A DNA stretch of 64,000 nucleotides from an uncultured Acidobacteriota bacterium (GTDB lineage Bacteria > Acidobacteriota > Terriglobia > Terriglobales > Acidobacteriaceae). Shown here one piece after another: positions 10,288-19,359 of the stretch; position 1 is the stretch's first letter; each line of letters opens with the position of its first letter. The DNA lies in assembly GCA_963835275.1 (NCBI GenBank), contig CAWIFC010000003.1, positions 10,202 to 74,201 on the forward strand, given 5' to 3'. Below the pieces are notes generated by a model. That model was given only the letters and a program-made list of their open reading frames with translations, was not told where the DNA came from and did no database searches. The position numbers and the translations under genes were made by a program.

Positions 10288-11103
10288 ATGCCAATACTTT
10301 GGCTGCGAGTCGCGCTGGGTTGCTATGCCGTTGGTCTGCTGTACGCGCTGGTTGCGCTGACCCGCGCCAGCGATCTGTTGAATAAGGTTGCCTTGCACGC
10401 GGCCTATCTGGGGATGGTATTTCACTTTGTTTCGCTCACCGACTCCATTCTTTTGTCGGGGCAGATTACCCTGGCGTCGGTACACAATGCCGAATCCGTG
10501 CTGGGCTTTCTGATCATGGTCGTGTTCATGCTCGTATACCTGCTGTATCAGACCACCTCCCCGGGCATTGTCGTTTTTCCTCTGGTCTTTCTGCTGACTT
10601 TCGTTGCGGCCACCGGCCAGCAGCCGTTCTTGTTCACGTCTCCGGGCTTGCGAACGGGTTGGCTGTTTGCCCACATTGCATTGATCTTTACTGGTTACGC
10701 TGCACTCGTTCTGAGTTTTGGCGCCAGCTTGCTTTATCTGATTCAGGAACGTTCACTGAAATCGAAGAAGGGGGGCGGACTTCTGTCGCGCCTACCCGCG
10801 CTCGAAGTAATCGACGAAATCGGGTTTCGGTCGCTGCTGCTCGGTTTTCCCTTCATGACGCTAGGTTTGATTGCAGGGACAGTCGTGGCCCAATCGACCT
10901 ACGGGCGCGTGAACCTTCTCGACCCTAAGATTTTGCTCTCGATCCTGATGTGGGTTGTCTACCTGATCATGCTTTACACGCGCTGGTCTGCGGGATGGCG
11001 AGGCCGGCGCGCTGCCTATCTCGCCGCAGGTGCGTTTGTTTTTGCCATCATCGCTTGGGCAGCGAACTATTTCAGCACGATTCACAGGTTCGCACAGTCA
11101 TGA
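10288..11103 (+). CDS. cytochrome c assembly (CcsA/ResC)-family membrane protein, HemX-like
   Basis: Polytopic membrane protein immediately upstream of hemA with an ATGA overlap, the position HemX occupies in Bacillus hem operons. It carries a degenerate W-rich motif (LLDPKILLSILMWVVY). Trimmed to ATG 10288 (MPILWLRVALG). Confidence 0.7.
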   Translation: MPILWLRVALGCYAVGLLYALVALTRASDLLNKVALHAAYLGMVFHFVSLTDSILLSGQITLASVHNAESVLGFLIMVVFMLVYLLYQTTSPGIVVFPLVFLLTFVAATGQQPFLFTSPGLRTGWLFAHIALIFTGYAALVLSFGASLLYLIQERSLKSKKGGGLLSRLPALEVIDEIGFRSLLLGFPFMTLGLIAGTVVAQSTYGRVNLLDPKILLSILMWVVYLIMLYTRWSAGWRGRRAAYLAAGAFVFAIIAWAANYFSTIHRFAQS

Positions 11104-12416
11104 ACTTCCAACTCATCGGCGTGAATCATAAGACTGCGCCGGTCGAAGTGCGCGAACGCCTGGCGATCCCGGAGTCGCGACTGCCCGAGGCCTTGAAGTG
11201 TTTCACCCAGCATCCGGGCGTGGACGAGGGGCTGATCCTGAGCACCTGCAATCGGGTAGAAATGTTGGCCCAGACCAGGAACGGCAGCGCCGACCTGCGC
11301 GCATTCCTCGGCGAATATTTTCACCTGGAGCGCGCCGACCTCGAGCCTCACCTCTATGAATATCGCGAGCAAGATGCCATCCGCCATCTGTTCCGGGTGA
11401 CCTCGAGCCTGGACTCGATGGTCGTCGGGGAAGCGCAAATTTTGGGGCAAGTAAAGGAAGCCTATGCCACTGCGCGGGCCGTGGGCGCAATCCACTCGCA
11501 ACTGGATTTGCTGCTCACTCGCGCCTTTGCCGTTGCCAAACGGGTGCGCACGGAAACGGCCGTGGGTTCCTCCGCAGTCTCCGTAGCCTCGGTCGCCGTG
11601 GAACTCGCCCAGAAGATTTTTGGATCGCTCACCGGCAAGCACGTGTACCTGGTCGGAGCTGGGAAGATGAGCGAATTGGCAGCGCGTCACCTCCTCGCTC
11701 ATGGTGCAGCGTCGATCTTTGTGGCCAATCGGACTTATGACCGAGCCATTCGCATGGCGCAAAAATTTGACGGGCAAGCCATCGAATTCAGTCGGCTTTA
11801 TGACACCTGCGATCGCGGCGATATCGTGATTACTTCGACCGGGTCTCCGCACGCGATCTTCCGCCGGGAGCACGGCGAGCTCTTCATGAGCCGCCGCAAG
11901 AACCGCCCCATGTTCTTCATCGACATCGCGGTGCCGCGTGACGTGGACCCGGAGATGAACAAGGTGGACGGGATCTTCGTCTACGACATCGACGATCTGC
12001 AGCAGGCGGTTTCCTCGCACGTCGCCGATCGCAAGAAGGAAGCTGAGCGCGCCACCGCCATTATCGAGAACGAGGTCGAGCGTTTTCGGGCCCGCCTGCA
12101 AACCCTCGATGTCGTGCCCACGATTGTGTCTTTGCAAGACCACCTGGAAACCATTCGCCAGGCTGAAATCGACCGGGTTCGTGGACGCCTCGGTCCGTTA
12201 TCGCCGGAGCAGGAGATTGCAATTGAGACCCTCACTCATGGCATCGTGAACAAGATCATGCACACGCCTATCAGCACCTTGAAAACTGCGGCCCGAGAGT
12301 CCGAAGCCACCACCGTCGTCGAGATAGTTCGCCGCTTGTTTAATCTCCAGGAAAAAGAAACGCAGAACGACAAGAAGGCAGCGCAATCAGGCGGCGGACC
12401 CGGAGGACGCGGCTGA
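11100..12416 (+). CDS. hemA: glutamyl-tRNA reductase
   Basis: [41 protein letters not shown] and an NAD-binding GAGKMSE are present. Trimmed to ATG 11100. Confidence 0.93.
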   Translation: MNFQLIGVNHKTAPVEVRERLAIPESRLPEALKCFTQHPGVDEGLILSTCNRVEMLAQTRNGSADLRAFLGEYFHLERADLEPHLYEYREQDAIRHLFRVTSSLDSMVVGEAQILGQVKEAYATARAVGAIHSQLDLLLTRAFAVAKRVRTETAVGSSAVSVASVAVELAQKIFGSLTGKHVYLVGAGKMSELAARHLLAHGAASIFVANRTYDRAIRMAQKFDGQAIEFSRLYDTCDRGDIVITSTGSPHAIFRREHGELFMSRRKNRPMFFIDIAVPRDVDPEMNKVDGIFVYDIDDLQQAVSSHVADRKKEAERATAIIENEVERFRARLQTLDVVPTIVSLQDHLETIRQAEIDRVRGRLGPLSPEQEIAIETLTHGIVNKIMHTPISTLKTAARESEATTVVEIVRRLFNLQEKETQNDKKAAQSGGGPGGRG

Positions 12417-13351
12417 TGGCCCGTCTCCGCATAGGTTCCCGAGGTTCCCAACTCGCACTCTGGCAAGCCCATCACATCAGCGCTCTGCTCCGCGAGCGCG
12501 GTCACGAAGTCGAACTGAAGATCATCAAGACCACTGGCGATAAGATCACCGACGTCGCGCTCGCCAAGGTTGGCACCAAGGGCATGTTCACCAAGGAGAT
12601 CGAAGAGGCGCTGGCCGAGGGGCGTATCGACCTTGCGGTGCACAGTTTGAAAGATCTGCCAACCGAACTTTCCTCGGGATTCGAGATCGCGGCGGTTACC
12701 ACAAGGGAGAATCCGCGCGACGTATTTTGCTCCCGCCGGTTCAAAAACATTGAAGATCTGCCGCAACGATCACGGGTTGGCACCAGCAGCCTGCGTAGAC
12801 AGGCGCAATTGAAGGCTGTGCGGCCCGATCTCGACATCTACCCGCTCCGCGGAAATGTCGATACTCGCCTGCGCAAGCTCGAAGACGGCGAATACGATGC
12901 CATTATTCTGGCAGCCGCAGGCCTGAACCGGCTGGGCAAAACAGAACTTGTTAAGCAGGTAATTCCGGCTGAGGTGATGTGCCCGGCGGCTGGGCAAGGT
13001 GCGCTGGGAATCGAGATCCGCGCTGGCGACACAGTCACTCGAGAACATCTAGCGTTTTTGGACGATGCTGCCGCTCGCGCGACCACCACTTGCGAGCGAG
13101 CTCTGCTCAACAAGCTCGGCGGTGGCTGCCAGGTGCCCATTGGCGCATTTGCCGAAGTCCGCGACGGGCGATTGCACCTCGAAGCCATCGTCGCCGATCC
13201 CGACGGCTCCAAGGTTCTGCGCGAGTCGCGTGAGGGCAGCGATCCCGTGCAACTTGGCGAGTCTGTTGGCGACACCTTGCTCCAGCGCGGCGGAGATGCG
13301 ATCCTCGAAGCGGTCTACGGCCAGGGAATTGCCGTGCCACAGCAACCCTGA
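12416..13351 (+). CDS. hemC: hydroxymethylbilane synthase (porphobilinogen deaminase)
   Basis: [21 protein letters not shown] and GNVDTRL are present. The start overlaps the hemA stop by 1 nt. Confidence 0.93.
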   Translation: MARLRIGSRGSQLALWQAHHISALLRERGHEVELKIIKTTGDKITDVALAKVGTKGMFTKEIEEALAEGRIDLAVHSLKDLPTELSSGFEIAAVTTRENPRDVFCSRRFKNIEDLPQRSRVGTSSLRRQAQLKAVRPDLDIYPLRGNVDTRLRKLEDGEYDAIILAAAGLNRLGKTELVKQVIPAEVMCPAAGQGALGIEIRAGDTVTREHLAFLDDAAARATTTCERALLNKLGGGCQVPIGAFAEVRDGRLHLEAIVADPDGSKVLRESREGSDPVQLGESVGDTLLQRGGDAILEAVYGQGIAVPQQP

Positions 13352-13354
13352 ATG

Positions 13355-13379
13355 TGTGGCGCGGACGCCCTCGCCCGCG
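13355..13379. repeat. GC-rich hairpin repeat, family TGTRGGCGCGGRCG-loop-CGCCCGYG (copy a)
   Basis: tgtggcgcggacgccctcgcccgcg forms a 10-bp stem (8 Watson-Crick pairs, one G-T wobble and one mismatch) around loop ccct. It sits in the hemC/paiB-like spacer. Confidence 0.7.
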
Positions 13380-13419
13380 TCATTTAGGCCGCGAATCGCG
13401 TCAACTCGGAGAACCGAAA

Positions 13420-14046
13420 GTGTACATACCCGAATTCAACCGCCAGGAAGATCGTGCGGTCACCCTCGCTTTCATGCGGGCGAATCCATTTGCCATCCTG
13501 GTTTCCAACGCCGACGGCATTCCCTTCGCAACCCATCTTCCGCTCCTCGTCGACGAAGCTGGAGATCGCCTTTTGGTGAAAGGCCACATGGCGAAGGCGA
13601 ATGCCCATTGGAAGTTCATGAAGGAAGGGCAAGAATCACTGGTCATCTTTCACGGCCCTCACGCCTACATTTCACCCAGCCTGTATGAGATTCGTGAGAG
13701 CGTTCCCACCTGGAACTACGCCGCCGTTCATGTCTATGGTGAGCCGACTTTGTTCTCAGATGAAGAGGGTCTGAAAGAAACTCTACACCGAATGATCGAG
13801 ACCTTCGAGTCGTCATACATGGTGCAATGGTCCGAACTCAGCGACGAATATCGCAGCCGGATGATGAAGCATATTGTGGGTTTCGAAATAAAAGCCAAAA
13901 GGGTGGAAGCAAAGTTCAAGCTCAGCCAAAATCGTACCGAGGGAGAACAGACGCGCGTTATTCAATCCCTTAGCGAAAGCAAAGACTCGAACATTTCACG
14001 CACCGGGGAGCTTATGCAGCAAGCAAGTCTGGGTCGGCGATCTTGA
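13420..14046 (+). CDS. FMN-binding negative transcriptional regulator, PaiB family
   Basis: (V)YIPEFNRQEDRAVTLAFMRANPFAILVS...FKLSQNR is the PaiB-family pattern. The start is set at GTG 13420 with GGAG 9 nt upstream. The ORF-track start at 13354 lies within repeat copy a. Confidence 0.72.
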   Translation: MYIPEFNRQEDRAVTLAFMRANPFAILVSNADGIPFATHLPLLVDEAGDRLLVKGHMAKANAHWKFMKEGQESLVIFHGPHAYISPSLYEIRESVPTWNYAAVHVYGEPTLFSDEEGLKETLHRMIETFESSYMVQWSELSDEYRSRMMKHIVGFEIKAKRVEAKFKLSQNRTEGEQTRVIQSLSESKDSNISRTGELMQQASLGRRS

Positions 14047-14882
14047 TGAGGAATTCTTCTCCATCCCCGAGCGTGAAACTTCCACTGGCTGGACTTCGCG
14101 TTCTCGTGGGTCGTGCGCGCCATCAGGCCAGCGCCCTTTCTTCGGGCTTGCTAGAACTGGGCGCGGAAGTTATCGAGATTCCGTTCATCGAAATCCGCAA
14201 GCCACGTTCTTACCAACCTCTGGACTCGGCGCTGAAAAAACTGAATGAGTATGACTGGCTCATCCTCACCAGTGTGAACGGAGTCGACGCGGTGTGGGAG
14301 CGGCTTCGCAAACTACATCTGACCATGAAGCATTTGAAGCGCTTGAAAATTGCGGCGATCGGACCCGCCACTAGGAAGGCGATCGAGAAACGCGGCATCA
14401 AAGTGAATGTCGTTCCCGAAGAATACGTTGCCGAATCGGTTGTAGACAGCCTGCGCGACCAAGTGGCAGGGAAGCGGGTGCTGTTGGCCCGGGCTAAGGT
14501 CGCCCGCGACGTAATCCCGCGAGAACTGCGAAAACTCGGTGGCCAGGTAGATGTCGTTGAAGCCTACGAAACGGTGATTCCAAAATCCTCCCGGATGCGT
14601 GTTCGCGCCATTTTGAAAGATTCGAAACGTCGTCCGCAGGTAATTACGTTTACCAGTTCGTCGACGGTAAGAAACTTTGTCGCACTGTTAGGAAAAAATG
14701 TGTGGCGCGGGCGCACTCGCCCGCGAAGGGCAAACATAATTGAAGGCATCCGCATGGCTTCAATCGGCCCGGTAACGTCGTCGACGCTTCGCGAACTCGG
14801 CCTTCCAGTAGACCTCGAAGCAACCCAATACACAATCCCAGGCTTAATAACAGCAATTGCAGGTGTGGAAGCAGATCTCTGA
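14046..14882 (+). CDS. hemD: uroporphyrinogen-III synthase
   Basis: LAGLRVLVGRARHQAS...EIPFIE, LILTSVNGV, IAAIGPATRKA and ITFTSSSTVRNF fit the two-lobed HemD pattern. ATG 14046 overlaps the preceding stop by 1 nt (TTG 14043 is also possible). Confidence 0.85.
   Translation: MRNSSPSPSVKLPLAGLRVLVGRARHQASALSSGLLELGAEVIEIPFIEIRKPRSYQPLDSALKKLNEYDWLILTSVNGVDAVWERLRKLHLTMKHLKRLKIAAIGPATRKAIEKRGIKVNVVPEEYVAESVVDSLRDQVAGKRVLLARAKVARDVIPRELRKLGGQVDVVEAYETVIPKSSRMRVRAILKDSKRRPQVITFTSSSTVRNFVALLGKNVWRGRTRPRRANIIEGIRMASIGPVTSSTLRELGLPVDLEATQYTIPGLITAIAGVEADL
14701..14725. repeat. GC-rich hairpin repeat (copy b), located inside the hemD reading frame
   Basis: tgtggcgcgggcgcactcgcccgcg is translated in frame as VWRGRTRPR. 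Confidence 0.7.
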
Positions 14883-14922
14883 CCCTTTGGCCGGTCAAAG
14901 ATCCGTCCGCACACAGAACAAT

Positions 14923-16905
14923 TTACTCCGTCAGCGAGCAACTACAATCCGCCGGCGGCACGTGCGCTTTCAAAAATCCTGACACCCGCTGATAAGCATC
15001 GATCTGATTTTCCACGCGCGCAAAACCGTGGCCCTCGTTTTCATACACCTTGAACTCGACAACTCCGCCGCGCTTCTTGATAGCGTCAATCACCTGCTGC
15101 GATTCCTCTTCCGGACATCGCGGATCATTTCGCCCTGCGAGCAGAAACAGCGGCGCCTTGATCTGATCGACGAAGAAGATCGGCGAGCGATCCTGGAACA
15201 ATGCTTTGTTCTTCTCCGGATCGCCCATAGTGGCGAGATCGGATTGTTGCAACACCGGATCCTCATTCTGGATTTCCGTAAACCAGTTGACGAATGGCAC
15301 AATCGGAACGCCCGCGGCCCAGACCTCAGGCGCTTTGGTCACCCCCATCATGGTCAAGTATCCGCCGTAGCTGCCGCCCGTCAGGACGATCTTCTTTGGG
15401 TCTAGAAACCCGGTCTGCTTGATAAAATCTGCGGCCGCTAACACGTCTTGCAAATCGCCCCCGCCCATGTCGAAAAGATTCGCTTGCTGGAATTCCTTTC
15501 CGTAACCAGTCGAGCCGCGATAGTTCGGCGCAATCACCATGTATCCCTGGTTGACCATGTGCTGGATGAACCGGTTGAAGGAGTTCACCGTCTGCGACGT
15601 AGGCCCTCCGTGCACATAAACAATCGCCGCGTTCTGGCCATTGCGAACCATGTTGTAGGGCACATAGACGAACGCTGAGATGGTCCACTTGCCATCGCGG
15701 CTGGGGTAATGGACCAGGAAGGGCTCGACCATGTCTTCCGAGTGCACGCCTGCAACCAGCGAGTGCGTCAGCTGTTGAGATTTCCCCGTCGCCACCTGAT
15801 ACACCCACAGATCTCCCGGAGCGGTTGCGCCGTTGTGGTTGTAAAGCATGCGTGATCCGTCTTTGCTGAATGTCGAATGTTCCCCCGCGAGCTGAGTCAC
15901 ACCTTTAGCCAACGGCAACGGCGTGGTTTTGCCGGCGACGAGGTCATGCACATAAATGTCAGTATTGCCATCGACATTCGCCGTCCAGGTAACGTGCTTG
16001 CCGTCAGGCGAAAAATTGCCTCCGGCGATCTCCCACTTGTCCCGGGTGAGCCACGAAATCTTCTTGGTTCCGATATCCAGCAGCCCAACATTGTCGTAGC
16101 CGTTCCCCGCATTAGAAGTGAACAGCAACTTCTTGCCATCGGGGGAGAAATCGTTGGCGCGGTAAAGCTGTTCACCCTCGTGTGGAGTAAGCAGTGAACT
16201 CTGGCCTGTCTTGACTTCTGCCACGAAGATATTCGAATCGGTTCCCTTCGCCTGCTCCTGGGTATAGGCGATCCACTTGCCATCGGCCGACCAGATCGGA
16301 TTGTCATTGAGCTTGTCGGCGGGAGTGCCAGTGGTGATGTGTTTTACATCGCGCATCACCATGTCGTAAACATCGATCTCGTATGCGGACGCCGTTTTTT
16401 GTTTCACCGTGTAAGTCAGATAACGGCCGTCGGGCGACCATCGCGGATACTCTTCCGCGATCTCACGAGTGTGAGTCAGGTTCACCACCTGCCCAGTTTT
16501 CGGGGAAACAATGAAAATGTCCCACTGCTCGTCGCCGTCGTAGTCCGACATGTAAGCGATCCATTTGCCGTCCGGCGACCACGCGGGCGCCGCCTGCCGC
16601 TGATCGCTGACAGTGAGCTGCGTCGGCCAGCCCCCACCCGACGGCACGATCCAGAGATTGTTGCGCCCGCTGATGTTGCTGACAAACACGATGCTCTTGC
16701 CGTCGGGCGACCACGACGAACGCCCCACCTGGCGGGTCATGTAGAGCTTTTCAATCGAGAGGCTCTGCTGACTCTGCTCCACATTTGCGTTGGGTTTGCT
16801 GGCGATCTGCTTAGGATCGGTGATGACCTGAGGTGCAGGCAAAGTCTGGGCCAACGCGGAAGCGCTCATAAGTATGACCATAGAAAACAAGATGAGAATG
16901 CGCAT
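14923..16905 (-). CDS. S9-family serine peptidase with N-terminal TolB-like beta-propeller
   Basis: Signal peptide MRILILFSMVILMSASALAQ. Repeated SPDGK propeller blades. Catalytic GGSYGGY (Ser), GRNDPRC (Asp) and NEGHGF (His). Confidence 0.88.
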   Translation of the reverse strand: MRILILFSMVILMSASALAQTLPAPQVITDPKQIASKPNANVEQSQQSLSIEKLYMTRQVGRSSWSPDGKSIVFVSNISGRNNLWIVPSGGGWPTQLTVSDQRQAAPAWSPDGKWIAYMSDYDGDEQWDIFIVSPKTGQVVNLTHTREIAEEYPRWSPDGRYLTYTVKQKTASAYEIDVYDMVMRDVKHITTGTPADKLNDNPIWSADGKWIAYTQEQAKGTDSNIFVAEVKTGQSSLLTPHEGEQLYRANDFSPDGKKLLFTSNAGNGYDNVGLLDIGTKKISWLTRDKWEIAGGNFSPDGKHVTWTANVDGNTDIYVHDLVAGKTTPLPLAKGVTQLAGEHSTFSKDGSRMLYNHNGATAPGDLWVYQVATGKSQQLTHSLVAGVHSEDMVEPFLVHYPSRDGKWTISAFVYVPYNMVRNGQNAAIVYVHGGPTSQTVNSFNRFIQHMVNQGYMVIAPNYRGSTGYGKEFQQANLFDMGGGDLQDVLAAADFIKQTGFLDPKKIVLTGGSYGGYLTMMGVTKAPEVWAAGVPIVPFVNWFTEIQNEDPVLQQSDLATMGDPEKNKALFQDRSPIFFVDQIKAPLFLLAGRNDPRCPEEESQQVIDAIKKRGGVVEFKVYENEGHGFARVENQIDAYQRVSGFLKAHVPPADCSCSLTE

Positions 16906-16994
16906 TCGAGTCCTGAAGAGTCGTTAGACGAGGTCAGAATAGAAAGTTTAGCAGAGAACCGTTTCAGCCCTCGCGCATCTCCCACCCACGAACT

Positions 16995-17054
16995 GTCATC
17001 TTGAGCGGAGTAGCTGCTTCGCGAAGCGAAGCCGCTACGGAGTCGAAAGATCCC
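16995..17054 (+). repeat. 60-nt repeat unit: GTCATCTTGAGCG - internal hairpin - GGAGTCGAAAGATCCC
   Basis: The flanking boxes match the inverted copy at 17150..17210. The internal hairpin is GTAGC..TTCGC gaa GCGAA..GCTAC. Confidence 0.65.
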
Positions 17055-17149
17055 GGCAGTGCTGGTGCTCGAAATAACGCGGCAGGGAATTCTCACAACG
17101 AACCTTTTGGAGAATGCCTTGAAGCGGCATGAGAGACGCAAAGCGTGCA

Positions 17150-17210
17150 GGGTTCCTTCGACTCCACACATCCGGTCGCGAGCGACCGGATGTGTTGCGC
17201 TCAGGATGAC
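17150..17210 (-). repeat. inverted copy of the 60-nt unit (GTCATCCTGAGCG - hairpin - GGAGTCGAAGGAACCC on the minus strand)
   Basis: The internal hairpin has a different sequence: a perfect 13-bp stem acacatccggtcg/cgaccggatgtgt at 17166..17195. Confidence 0.65.
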
Positions 17211-17231
17211 AACGGCGGGTTCAAGAAAGGT

Positions 17232-18089
17232 TTACAGCTTCGCGTTCTTGTGAATCTCCACCGTGCTCCACGTCTTATCTCCGGCGTGACAAATATTTTC
17301 CAGTGCGCAGTCCACGCATTTCGGCCGTCGCGCGATGCACAACTTGCGTCCATGCCAGATGATCTGATGGGAGAACAGGATCCACTTCTCGCGCGGGATC
17401 ACTTTCATCAGGTCCTGCTCGATTTTTGGCGCATCCGTATTCTTGGTGAGTTCCAAACGGCGCGCGATGCGGGTAACGTGGGTGTCCACGACTACGCCTT
17501 CCGCCTTGCGAAACCATGTTCCGAGTACGACATTGGCAGTCTTGCGCGCCACTCCGGGCAGAGTGAGCAGCTTGTCGATGTCATCCGGAACCTGCCCGCC
17601 GAAATCGCTGACGATCCTCTTCGCAGCACCCACCACTGATTTGGACTTGTTGCGGAAAAATCCGGTCGAACGCACGTCGGGCTCGAGTTGTTCCGGTGTG
17701 AGCGCCGCGAAGTCCGCGACCGTCGGGTACTTGCGAAACAATTCTGGCGTCACCCGGTTCACATTGAGGTCAGTCGATTGTGCGGACAGGATAGTCGCGA
17801 CCAGCAATTCCCAAGCGCTCTTGTGAGTCAATGCACAGGTCGCATCGGGATAAAGTTGGTCAAGCCGCTTCAGGATTTCCGCAATACGCCCCGGAGCGAG
17901 CGGGTTGTAGCCCTTGCCGACGCGATTCGGCGTCGCTTTGGCGGCAGCCGTTGCGGAGCGCTTGACTGGTGTGGGGCCGAGCCTTTGACCCGGCCGGCCC
18001 GGGCGCAGACCGCCAGTTTTCGTAACTGAGCGAGCTCCCTCATGACGCCCTGTCTTTGCCGGTTGGCGAGGAACTATGCCGCGTACCAT
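17232..18089 (-). CDS. nth: endonuclease III
   Basis: HhH-GPD core LLVATILSAQSTD...LPGVARKTANVVL and a C-terminal CxxxxxxCxxCx5C FeS cluster loop (CIARRPKCVDCALENIC). Trimmed to ATG 18089 with AAGGA upstream. A basic N-terminal tail is retained. Confidence 0.88.
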   Translation of the reverse strand: MVRGIVPRQPAKTGRHEGARSVTKTGGLRPGRPGQRLGPTPVKRSATAAAKATPNRVGKGYNPLAPGRIAEILKRLDQLYPDATCALTHKSAWELLVATILSAQSTDLNVNRVTPELFRKYPTVADFAALTPEQLEPDVRSTGFFRNKSKSVVGAAKRIVSDFGGQVPDDIDKLLTLPGVARKTANVVLGTWFRKAEGVVVDTHVTRIARRLELTKNTDAPKIEQDLMKVIPREKWILFSHQIIWHGRKLCIARRPKCVDCALENICHAGDKTWSTVEIHKNAKL

Positions 18090-18322
18090 ATGTGATTCCT
18101 TCGCTATGTGGAATTGAGCCTGAAATGTTAGCAGAAGTAAACGCCAATGGAGAACCGGCGTCTCGCCCGTCCAAGCACCGCTCGGCCCAACACAGTCCTG
18201 GAGCCGTTCCCAGAGAGCAAATCCCCATCCTTTCGTAATCCACAGGACCCAGCTGTCCAATTGACGGAGACGTACACCCTAGGTAGTCTGGAAGTGATCC
18301 GACACAAGCTGGGGAAACTCCC

Positions 18323-18547
18323 GTGGCAGTGAAGTCCATCCAACTCGGGCAGGTTTGGCGCAAGGATGACGACGGCAAGGACTACCTCGTCACCAAGGTT
18401 TACAGCGAGGTGTTCTCGCAGTACGCCGTCCTGCGCCCGGCCGAGGTCTCCGCGCCTGATGCCCCCACGGTGCGCGTGAAAGTGGCCAAAGGCGCACAGG
18501 GCGCATCCCTGCCAGGATTCACCTTTACGCAAGAAGGTTCATTCTGA
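18323..18547 (+). CDS. small hypothetical protein (74 aa)
   Basis: GTG start and a plausible composition (MAVKSIQLGQVWRKDDDGKDYLVTKVY...). Two hairpins follow it. Confidence 0.45.
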   Translation: MAVKSIQLGQVWRKDDDGKDYLVTKVYSEVFSQYAVLRPAEVSAPDAPTVRVKVAKGAQGASLPGFTFTQEGSF

Positions 18548-18557
18548 TGTTCTGTAC

Positions 18558-18609
18558 AGACGTTGCTTTTGCAACGTCTCTGGGTTGATCGGACGTAGCG
18601 AGCTACGTC
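18558..18609 (+). terminator. two consecutive stem-loops after the small ORF (no clear U-tract)
   Basis: The stems are agacgttgc tttt gcaacgtct (18558..18579) and gacgtagc ga gctacgtc (18592..18609). Confidence 0.4.
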
Positions 18610-18637
18610 TCTACTAGATTCACCAGCTATTCCCCAC

Positions 18638-19264
18638 ATGACTGAGAAAATTCTTGCAGTTCTTTTTTTATTCATCAAGTCCGTCATCGCGGTGACGGGC
18701 TACGGAGGCCTCGCCATCCTGATGGCGATTGAATCGGCCTGCATCCCGCTGCCATCCGAACTAATCATGCCCTTTGCCGGCTATCTGGTGTTCGAGGGAA
18801 CGATGAGATTGTTCTGGGTAGCGACCGCCGGAGCCATCGGCTGCAATCTGGGATCCCTGATTGCTTACGAGATCGGATGCTACGGCGGCCGCCCGCTGGT
18901 AGAAAAATACGGTCGCTGGATTCTGATGGGCCGTCGCGAACTGGATTGGGCTGACCGCTTTTTCGCCCGCTGGGGATATCTCGCCGTTTTCATTGCAAGA
19001 TTGCTGCCCGTGATCCGCACCTTTATCGCGCTTCCCGCTGGAGTTGCCCGCATGCCCCGCGGACGCTTTCACATCTATACTTTTCTCGGATCGTGGCCGT
19101 GGTGTTTCGCGCTCGCCTGGCTGGGCATGAAGCTGGGAGAGAACTGGCGCGGCCTGGGCAAGTACTTTCACCAGTTCGACGCGGTCATCAGCGCATTGCT
19201 GGCTGCTGGTATCATCTGGTTCGCGTGGTCGCACTGGCAAAACCGCATCGGTGCGACCGAATAG
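18638..19264 (+). CDS. DedA-family membrane protein
   Basis: GYGGLAILMAIESACIPLPSELIMPFAGYLV and RLLPVIRTFIALPAG are DedA/SNARE-associated motifs. Confidence 0.85.
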   Translation: MTEKILAVLFLFIKSVIAVTGYGGLAILMAIESACIPLPSELIMPFAGYLVFEGTMRLFWVATAGAIGCNLGSLIAYEIGCYGGRPLVEKYGRWILMGRRELDWADRFFARWGYLAVFIARLLPVIRTFIALPAGVARMPRGRFHIYTFLGSWPWCFALAWLGMKLGENWRGLGKYFHQFDAVISALLAAGIIWFAWSHWQNRIGATE

Positions 19265-19265
19265 C

Positions 19266-19300
19266 GCTGCGAACTAACACCTGAAAACCGAGAACTGATT
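19266..19300 (+). repeat. T-poor low-complexity element after a stop codon (related to 10050..10095)
   Basis: gcgaactaacacctgaaaaccgagaactga shares the core AACCGAGAAC. Confidence 0.45.
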
Positions 19301-19359
19301 TCTTCCCCATTGATGCGGACCGGTGGTTAGCGTCTCGCCAGGGGACAAGGAGAATCAAG

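Noticed and set aside
11082-12143. 353-aa minus-strand ORF.
   Set aside because: It is fully antisense to hemA and has the typical high-GC antisense composition (R/G/H/L-rich). hemA has unambiguous family motifs.
13354-13419. Upstream GTG 13354 as the start of the PaiB-like gene (MWRGRPRPRHLG...).
   Set aside because: These codons are the GC-rich hairpin repeat read in frame. GTG 13420 has a GGAG SD and gives the family-typical (M)YIPEF N-terminus.
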